A stretch of 64,000 nucleotides of DNA, taken from the NCBI GenBank assembly GCA_964035545.1, contig OZ037773.1, positions 5,733,751 through 5,797,750 of the forward strand. Direction: 5' to 3'. Made by a program: the position numbers and the translations under genes. The DNA comes from Bugula neritina. Its lineage: Eukaryota > Animalia > Bryozoa. A model generated the notes under the pieces. The model ran no database searches, was not told the origin of the DNA, and saw nothing but the letters and a program-made list of their open reading frames with translations. How positions within the stretch are numbered: position 1 is the stretch's first letter; each line of letters starts with the position of its first letter. Below are positions 56,301 through 64,000 of the stretch, in pieces.

Positions 56301-59300
56301 CTAGAGCAAACATTCTATATTAATATGTACAGAGGGCTGTTTAACTACATTGTGTGAAACAGGGCCACATGAGAATAAAAGTGTAACCACCAGTGGTAAG
56401 AATTAGCGAGATTGAGAAAGCAAGCAATTAATATACAAGAGCTAATATCTTATACCACCCAGTATATTTCTTACATCACAGAGTTTGAAATTATTTAAAT
56501 TCACAGCATTATAGTACACAGTACTGTAATACACAGTGAGATAGTACACAGTGAGATAGTACACAGTGAGATAGTACACAGTGAGATAGTACACAGTAAT
56601 ATAGTACACAGTGAGACACAGTGAGACACAGTGAGACACAGCGAGACACAGCGAGACACAGCGAGACACAGCGAGACACAGCGAGACACAGTGAGACACA
56701 GTGAGACACAGTGAGACACAGTGAGACACAGTGAGACACAGTGAGACACAGTATTACATCAAATACTTACAACTCCATGAGCTCGCTGACTTGAGTCTGG
56801 GAGGCAGCCCTCTTTTCAGAAACTATATCTGCTTCGTAGTTCAACTCGTCACAACGAATCTTCAACTTCTCATATCTTTGTTCTTTTACTTTGATTTGTG
56901 ATTTTAACTAAACATTAATACAATACTATGTAGGTACAGCTAATCTCTTCACCTTTAACCTTTCCAGAATGAAATAACACATGACTTTAATGAAATAGAA
57001 TGTATATCTATCTTAAATTCCTTTCTTCTTGTGCAAACTTGTATATATATATACTATATCCTAGATATTAAAATCTATAGACATATAAACACATGGACAT
57101 ACTATACATATAGACATAACTATAGATAGACATAATGGTACATAGTCATTAAAATACATAGACATATAAATTATTAGACATAACTATACATATATATATA
57201 TAAATTCATAGACACAACTAAACATAGGCATATGAATTGATAGACATAATTGTACATAGACATTAGAATACATAGACATATAAAGATTCATAGACGTATA
57301 GAGCTGCATAGACATAGAGATACATAGACGTCTGCACTGCACCTGCTCTACTTTCTTCTGCAATGACTCAATTTCTGACTTGTACTTCTGCTCAGTCTCA
57401 ATCTTCCTCCTCTGCAAGTCTAATCTGTATCAGAAAGAAAAGAGTGAAACTTGAGAACTACAAACTTTTGCCGCTCAAATGAGTGTTTAGTTTATTAACC
57501 ATTTCAAACACTAGACCACAATGTGTAGAGTCAACAACAGTTGAGTCAAAATAATTTAGCAAACTCAAAGTGATTTAGCAAACTCAAAGTGATTCAGCAA
57601 ACTCAAAGTGATTCAGCAAACTCAAAGTAATTCGGCAAACTCAAAGTGATTCAGCTAACTCAAAGTGACTTGAATGATTAATTTAACTCTTCAACAGGCA
57701 TTGGTTTAGAAATCAGATTTGAAACATTCAGTTCATTTTGAACTTTCACTGAACAAATATTTTCGAGAACTTTGGCTATCTGAATACAATTTATCACCCA
57801 CTTCAATGCTACACTCAGGTTAAATATAATTAATAAAATATCAGTCTTCGAAAGATCACATATTTATACTCTTTTGAAGAACAGCGTACCAGAGCAAAAA
57901 CCTTATCAAAAGTTTATCATCATCAACTCCATGCTACCACATTTAAAATTTTTAGACACACACTGACAACGTTTACACGCACACTGACAATGTCAATACT
58001 CACACTGAAAAGATTTACACTCACATTGACTTCCTAAGTTCATCATTGTCTCTCAGCTGTTTATTGATCTGATTGGACAATGACCTCTCCTGACCTTCAG
58101 CCTTGGCTCTAGTTACATCTGATTTATATATTATCTATAATATTACATCAAAAATAATATAATACAATATAATACAACACAATGTAATATAATATAATAT
58201 AATGTAATTATATATTATCTACTACAATCAAATACTCATTAGCGTTATAGTCTTATATTTAGGCAAGTTACAAGTAACATAAATTAAATAGAAACATAAA
58301 AATTATAAAGAAGACCCTTTTGATTTAAATTAATCATTAAATGAATATTTAATAGTAATAAAACTACACTTTATACTTAATGTGCTATTGATCAATAAAA
58401 CGGTAATAAAACGGTAATAAAACTGATAATGACAGAGCTATGAGGAAAAGTTGGTTAAATTAAAGTTGCCCCCCCCTCAAAAATATGGTAAGTAAACGCA
58501 ATACTAAGTTCAAGAAGTTGTATGGCATCCTCCATCAAATGTACATATAATAAGGTACACATTCATAAAATGAATACATAAATACATGACACGTGTGATA
58601 AATTGATAGTTAGATTATACTAAACATAATTTTCACTAGACCTGAGCTTTGAAATATTCTTGGCTGTTTTATAGCCCAATTGGTATTGATATTGTGTCGC
58701 AATTTAGGTTAAAAAGTAGAGGAAAACATAAATTGACTTGAACTAATGTTTGACATCAACAAAAACTCGAATTGGCTACGAGCTATTCAACTAATTCAGG
58801 AGTGTGACCTTTGACCTACAACATCGGTTAATTTTAACGAAAAGGAATTGCTTTGAGTTGAATCAATTTAATGCAATGCCTGCATAAAAAACATAACATG
58901 AGGAAAGTCCCAAAATGCTTAAATTATGTTTACAATAAACAAGTGCATGCAATTTGACAAAAAGACATGTAAAGACTTTTCAAAGTAAAGGTAGGCATTA
59001 AATTACTTACCAAATACTTATCAATCTAATAAGGAAACATAATTAAAAATGCTAGCCTGAGTACCGTATTTAATGAATGACAAATCTATATTGCAAATAA
59101 TTAGGAATAAATTATAGCAGTTGAGTGGACAACTCCAACTATTAAGTAACAATGTACATATACTTTACATGCACATAAAAACATACACTAAATTGATTCA
59201 CTTAGTACCTTCCGTAAGTCATCTAGCTCTTTTTCTGTAACACCGAGTCTCTTTAGAAGCAGATCCAGCTGAGATTTGGACTCGGCATTTTCTTTATTTT

Positions 59301-61993
59301 GCAGAGTTGTTTTCTCTCTAGCTTCATTCTGTTTACAATACAATGTATTAGCGTTGGCTAAATATTATATAACTTTCTGTTTACAATACAATGTATTAGC
59401 GTTGGCTAAATATTATATAACTTTCAGCATACAAAGGTAAAACAGTAAAACTTCCTATTGAGACAAAATCTAGCTAAGGTTATGTTCAAGGAAAACTCAC
59501 ACCATGAAAATACCAAATTAAAACTTCTATAATAAAAATTAAAAGATTCAAATTATTGAAGTTTTTGGTTTTATAGTTGACTACAACACATGAACAAACT
59601 ATTAATCAAAGTATGAATTGAAATACATCAAGTGGCTAGACACAAACTTATAAATGCAAAATCCGAAATTTAAACATGTTCAAAATAGCTAATCCCTAAA
59701 GAATACACAAATAATTCTGTCTATGTATAAAATGAACAAGGCTGCCGTAACAACATGTTATTGATTATGTTGAGTGGTTAAGTTCTCACAATACTGGTCC
59801 TGAGTCTAGACTTCTCAGCTCTCACATCGGCTCTCTCCTTTATCATGTCTTCTTTCAGTTGTAATAATTCATCTTCCAAATCTAAAATCTGCAAACCAGA
59901 TCCTAGATATATTATTTAAAATCCGACTAAATTAGTTTTCTAAAAAGATGCTGCAACATAATTAAAACTCTTGAGTTATCAACAGATATTAAATACCAAA
60001 AGGAGACTTAAATCATTATTTTTTGGGGCTTGTGCTGCAAATACAAGATTTAGAACTTGTTGATTTTTTAAACAAAAATATATAACCAGATAAAAATATT
60101 TGCAGCAGCATTAAATGAGAGCATGATTCCTAATCAGCGTAAGGAAAGCATGCCTTCTTTTGTCCAACGAACTATTTTACTTAGAAAAACTAACACTGAA
60201 TTAGCCACTTTAGCCACTGCTGACTAAAATGTGTTGACATTATTAATACCAGCTAAATCATTGCTGCAACTACTTGCAGTCAATCTGCAGTAAATCTAGA
60301 CCATGATAATTACACAAACAGTTAGTAGAAAACCGAAGATGGAGTTACCTTGGCATGTGTTATTCTGAGTTTATCTCGCGTTTCATTCAGTGTTATTTGT
60401 TTGGAGGCCTTCTCCGCCATTCGCTGATTAAGGACTGTAATAACTTGCTCGTGTTGAACTCGCAGGCGGTCTCGCTCAGGTCTAGGCAAAATATTCCAAC
60501 ATAACATTAAATTTACTAAAAAAAGTGAAAATGATGAAAATTTTGAATTAGTTATGGAACAGTTTTTAGCTAGCTAAAATTGTCAACTCACAATCAATGT
60601 AATAATTTTAGTATTTCATTATTAACAATCGCTTAGTTTGAAAAGAGTAGATAACTCCACTCCTTACAAAATATAAGCAAATTGTGTAGCAAATGGTAGT
60701 TATATAATAGGAGATTTAAAACTTGTGGATGATGTAAAAAGGCGCAATAATTACAAGGCTTGTGATAAAGAGCATGTGCAAACATATGCAGTGTTAAAAC
60801 ATTACACACATCTTATACACTCACAGTTGAACTGTGTTGTCATTCTCCAAGAACTCATGTCTCGCAGTTTGTTGAACGATATTAGCTTCAATATTGGTGA
60901 GTTCAGCGTTCAGTCGTTCCACTAAATCCTGATTCGACTGTCTTGCATTTACGACGGCATCTGCAATGCCCGGAAATAGAATTATAATTGTGTCACTTTG
61001 AATAAGATAGATGCTGAATGACTGAGAAGTTAATATTTACCGTGTATTTCTTGTCGGTATTTTCCTGGAAGATATTTGAGTTCATGACGCAAGATGCTAC
61101 ACTTGATGGTCTCAGCTTCAAGTTGATCATGAACAATAGAACGCTGATTTTCCTACAGCAAAAAAACTGTGCAAATTAAATTGCAAATCGCTTATGCACA
61201 AGTTTGTATTATATTACAAATTTGTGATAATCGTTGAATTAATCATTAAAAGTATTTTAATTGATATTTTCCTTTTTCAGATTTGGCTTTAACTGTTGAC
61301 TAGATTTCAAGCAAGATTTATCATTTAAAATGTACTGATAAATAACACGATCCCCTATAAACAAAAGAATTTATTAAGTTAGTGACAAAGTGAGCTCTTA
61401 CCAGTTCACTTATAGCTTCTATAATGACATCTATATTGTTCACATCCTGCTCTTTAAAGCCCGAACTTTTTGATCGCATTCGTGATCCTAAATAAAAATA
61501 GAAATATTCATTTCACAGTAGCCAGTCAAAACTTATAACTTCAGTTTTCTAAAAATTATATATATATAGCCTTGAAATTGGTCATGAAATATTGAGTAAC
61601 CCTAAAGATATATGTTACAAAACATTATAGTCTGTATTATGTAAAGAAGTGACAATAATAAAAATATTTTATAAACCTAATCGTAAAAGTATACATGCAG
61701 AGACATTTACAAAAAATGAGTTATTATATATTTGAGTTGGTAGAGTAAGAGTACATAACAATTTAAAGACATAAACATTGATTATATGTAATATTATTAT
61801 ACCTATAGTTATAGTAATATTAATATTTTAATTTAGAATATAAGTAATAAGGTTAATAATCACGCTATTCTGTATTCATCAGTCTCTAAGTCTACGCAAC
61901 TATGTCTACATGACGTACATTTACTTTACCTAAATCGGTTAAATGTAGAATTGCTTGTGAAACATGCTGTGGAATATCTTCAACAGTTGCCAT
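44354..61993 (-). CDS. CCDC175: Coiled-coil domain-containing protein 175-like, 22 coding exons
   Basis: Exons 61993-61930, 61487-61402, 61152-61041, 60960-60825, 60481-60349, 59888-59790, 59328-59209, 58134-58025, 57424-57343, 56907-56771, 54088-53978, 53705-53634, 52792-52657, 52229-52098, 50139-50001, 48995-48916, 48223-48092, 47929-47806, 47313-47107, 46454-46343, 45308-45223, 44487-44354 join in frame into a long heptad protein. Segments ELENQRSIVHDQLEAETIK...LKYLPGKYRQEIHDAVVNARQSN and VLNQRMAEKASKQITLNETRDKL resemble the N-terminal half of vertebrate CCDC175 as recalled. The gene model is strong; the name is moderately certain; the last three exons are less certain. Confidence 0.75.
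44757..45052. mobile_element. hAT (Charlie-like) non-autonomous MITE
   Basis: TIRs CAGGGTTGCTCAAC...GTTGGACACCACTG, internal GCAGGGCCAGATGCGGCCC, and an 8-bp TSD GTTTCAAT (44749-44756) / GTTTAAAT (45053-45060). Confidence 0.8.
45401..45625 (+). mobile_element. tRNA-derived SINE family 1, copy 4
   Basis: Near-colinear with 13330-13543 (GGTTCGAACC B-box; CATCCAGTCATAATTGCTCCTGTG; AATAAGTCCTTAGCC). Embedded in TAGA repeats. Confidence 0.85.
49895..50013. repeat. 51-bp tandem duplication spanning a CCDC175 donor site
   Basis: AAACAGGTGACAG|GTGAGTATACCTGTAG... occurs twice on the minus strand, plus a partial third copy. Confidence 0.9.
51230..51670. mobile_element. Probable non-autonomous Helitron/Helentron-like repeat fragment
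   Basis: Internal 21-bp tandem (ATTGCCACGCCCACTCAATAT, about 4x, 51500-51590) and a terminal (GACA)n tract, an arrangement common in such elements. Confidence 0.3.
56510..56752. repeat. Compound 15-bp (GTGAGATAGTACACA) / 10-bp (GTGAGACACA, GCGAGACACA) minisatellite
   Basis: Direct reading; source of the Cys/Val/Ser-periodic ORFs. Confidence 0.95.
57555..57670. repeat. 19-bp minisatellite (TCAGCAAACTCAAAGTGAT), 6 copies
   Basis: Direct reading. Confidence 0.92.
59327..59424. repeat. 48-bp direct duplication of a CCDC175 acceptor site
   Basis: TTCTGTTTACAATACAATGTATTAGCGTTGGCTAAATATTATATAACT occurs twice. Confidence 0.92.
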
Positions 61994-62546
61994 TTGTCTG
62001 TAAAAACGGGACTCAAATTGAAATATTTAAATAAAAGTTTCAACTCAAATTGAAATTGAAAGATTGGTGTGGTCAATAGACACAGCTGACAACACATATA
62101 TTTAAAACTCAAATAATTGTGACTGTGGTAAATAATGACTTTGAGCTCGCAAATTACTCATATTCATGCTTTTGAGTGATTAGAAACAAAATGCAATGCC
62201 GTAGTTGAAGTTTGAGGTTTCAGAAGCACAATGACAATGGCTTAGTCACAGTTCGCCATTCGATTTTAATAACCTCCAGTGAAAAAGAACCTTAGTTGCT
62301 GTGCAACTAGTAGCGGATAAAGATTAACGACCGTGACCTAGTAAAAGAACCTTCAAATTTGATACTTTTAGAATGTGAGTTAACGTGTAACCTTCCACCA
62401 CATAATTGACACTATTATGTCAAGGTAATGGTAAGCGGGAAAGTGTGTGAACAGTAAGGTTTCCAGTTATATAATCGGCAATACAGTTTGAGTTTATTAA
62501 ACTTCAACTGCAGCTGACTTATTTGAGCAATTTTAACCCTTTAAGG
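61994..62546. promoter_or_regulatory. Shared, probably bidirectional promoter region of CCDC175-like and RPA3
   Basis: Divergent ATGs are about 550 bp apart, CpG is locally higher, and there is a GCGGGAAA (E2F-like) element near 62434. Confidence 0.5.
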
Positions 62547-63585
62547 ATGGCATGTGAAGAGAAAAATGTTAGAGTTAATGGCTCACAGCTACGTTCCAAC
62601 GTTGGCAATCAGGTTTTGTTGTTGGGCAAAGGAATTCAGGTACTACTCTTCATAATCATATTCATGTTTACTTTGTCTTTTAGTTTTACTTTGAGTTGAT
62701 GAATTTATTTGATAATATTAAATTTAATTCATATTCACAATTATTTCATATTCAATTTTATATTGATATTCAATTTTATTAGTATTACTGAGTAATATTG
62801 ACATTTAATGTTTTAGCCACAATGAAGTTTCAGTTTGAGTTTGAGTGTCGCAAATCTATCAATTTCAATTTGACAATATGAATATGAAATTGAATATCAA
62901 AATTCAAATTCAATACTATTATCTATCGTAATTTTGATCATTTTCATTAAATATCAAGTTAAGAATGTCAATTTGATTGTAATATTGTTTAACAATTAGG
63001 CTGAAATCTTGATCTTTGGCATTTGGCTTTGCCAAAACTCAAACTGATTAGTTTTTTTGCTTTGCACCTCTCACTTTGTCACTGGATTTCAACCTTGTGT
63101 TTTATCTTAAATTTTAGTCACTGATTTTAATTCAGTCGATGTGCATGTATATAACTGGTTTGTAGTAGTTAGTATATTATTTTTGTAGACATATTAATCT
63201 ATACGATTAATTGGGCAAGCACTTTTGATTATGAGACAGATTTTAACTTGAGGCTATGTTCTTCGAAAATTCAAAATAAGTTTAAATAGTATGAGCGTTT
63301 TCGGTTAAATTCAATTGATTAACTAAAAGTTTTAATGGTTTGATAAACTTTATTTATCTCTAAATTACTCAGAATATGTATTCAATTTTCCGCTTAAAAT
63401 ATGTTCTGCTAACTTGCACTAGTTGTTGATCCTTACTTGCTTGATTGATTGATTGGGCAGATTGGTTCAGCTAGCTAGTATTTACTGTTAGATTGAATGT
63501 CTTATGCTTTATTTAGTGTGGTAACATGTCCCTGAAGATGGAAGCTTGTGATGGACACAAAGTTGATGTTAAACTATTGCAACAG
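62547..63585 (+). CDS. RPA3: Replication protein A 14 kDa subunit-like, first two coding exons (continues past window)
   Basis: 62547-62639 MACEEKNVRVNGSQLRSNVGNQVLLLGKGIQ|GT and 63517-63585 AG|CGNMSLKMEACDGHKVDVKLLQQ|GT match the RPA3 OB-fold N-terminus pattern (RVN..L...G..V..G; ..DG..V.V.L). Confidence 0.8.
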
Positions 63586-64000
63586 GTTTGTTCTGTAATT
63601 TTATTTTCCTTCTCAGATAATCAGCATATAAGTTGACAAGAAACTCTTTTTGATTAACACATTTATTTAATGTTTTTGACATAATTTTCTTCACTTCTTT
63701 ATTAGATATTAGATGGGTATGACCATTTTCAATCTTTTGGTCTTTTATATCAAGTGATGAACAGTTTCTGTTGTACTTATTTTTAAAGGAATAATTAATA
63801 TTTGAATTGAATGATTTGTGTGTGCAGAGTTATGTAATCGTGCTTAAAAATTTAGATGTTTTAAGGTTGTAAGAATTTCTGATGTAAATGCTTTAGTTTA
63901 AGTTGTAACAATAAAGAAGAGCAGGTTTTATTATGAAATTTTGTAAATTTGTCCAAATTTTAGTGTTTTATTATCAAATGAAATTAAATTACTAGTGATC

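Noticed and set aside
56442-56749. Cys-rich ORFs (SHCVSLCLTV)n resembling metallothionein or keratin-associated proteins
   Set aside because: A 10-bp minisatellite open in all three frames, inside a CCDC175 intron.

Overview
AT-rich (roughly 30-33% GC by eye), intron-rich animal genomic DNA, probably an invertebrate. No prokaryotic features were seen, and most ORF-track entries are exon fragments or translations of repeats. Six spliced protein-coding genes were reconstructed by hand with consistent GT-AG phases: (1) the 3' half of carnosine N-methyltransferase CARNMT1 (+); (2,3) two tandem, diverged lysocardiolipin acyltransferase LCLAT1-like paralogs (-); (4) a secreted signal peptide/coiled-coil/Thr-rich linker/fibrinogen-domain (FReD) gene (-); (5) a 22-exon CCDC175-like coiled-coil gene (-); and (6) the first two exons of RPA3 (+), head-to-head with CCDC175. 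Repeats include four copies of a tRNA-derived SINE (three with TSDs), a second SINE type, an RTE-like LINE 3' fragment, a hAT MITE, a possible Polinton/Maverick-like relic between the LCLAT1 copies, and many mini/microsatellites. The most unusual signals are: minisatellites that cluster at and duplicate splice sites (a 6-donor array in the FReD gene and an in-frame duplicated donor in CCDC175); different catalytic-motif substitutions plus an apparent gene-conversion tract in the LCLAT1 pair; and candidate antisense exons nested in the long CARNMT1 intron.
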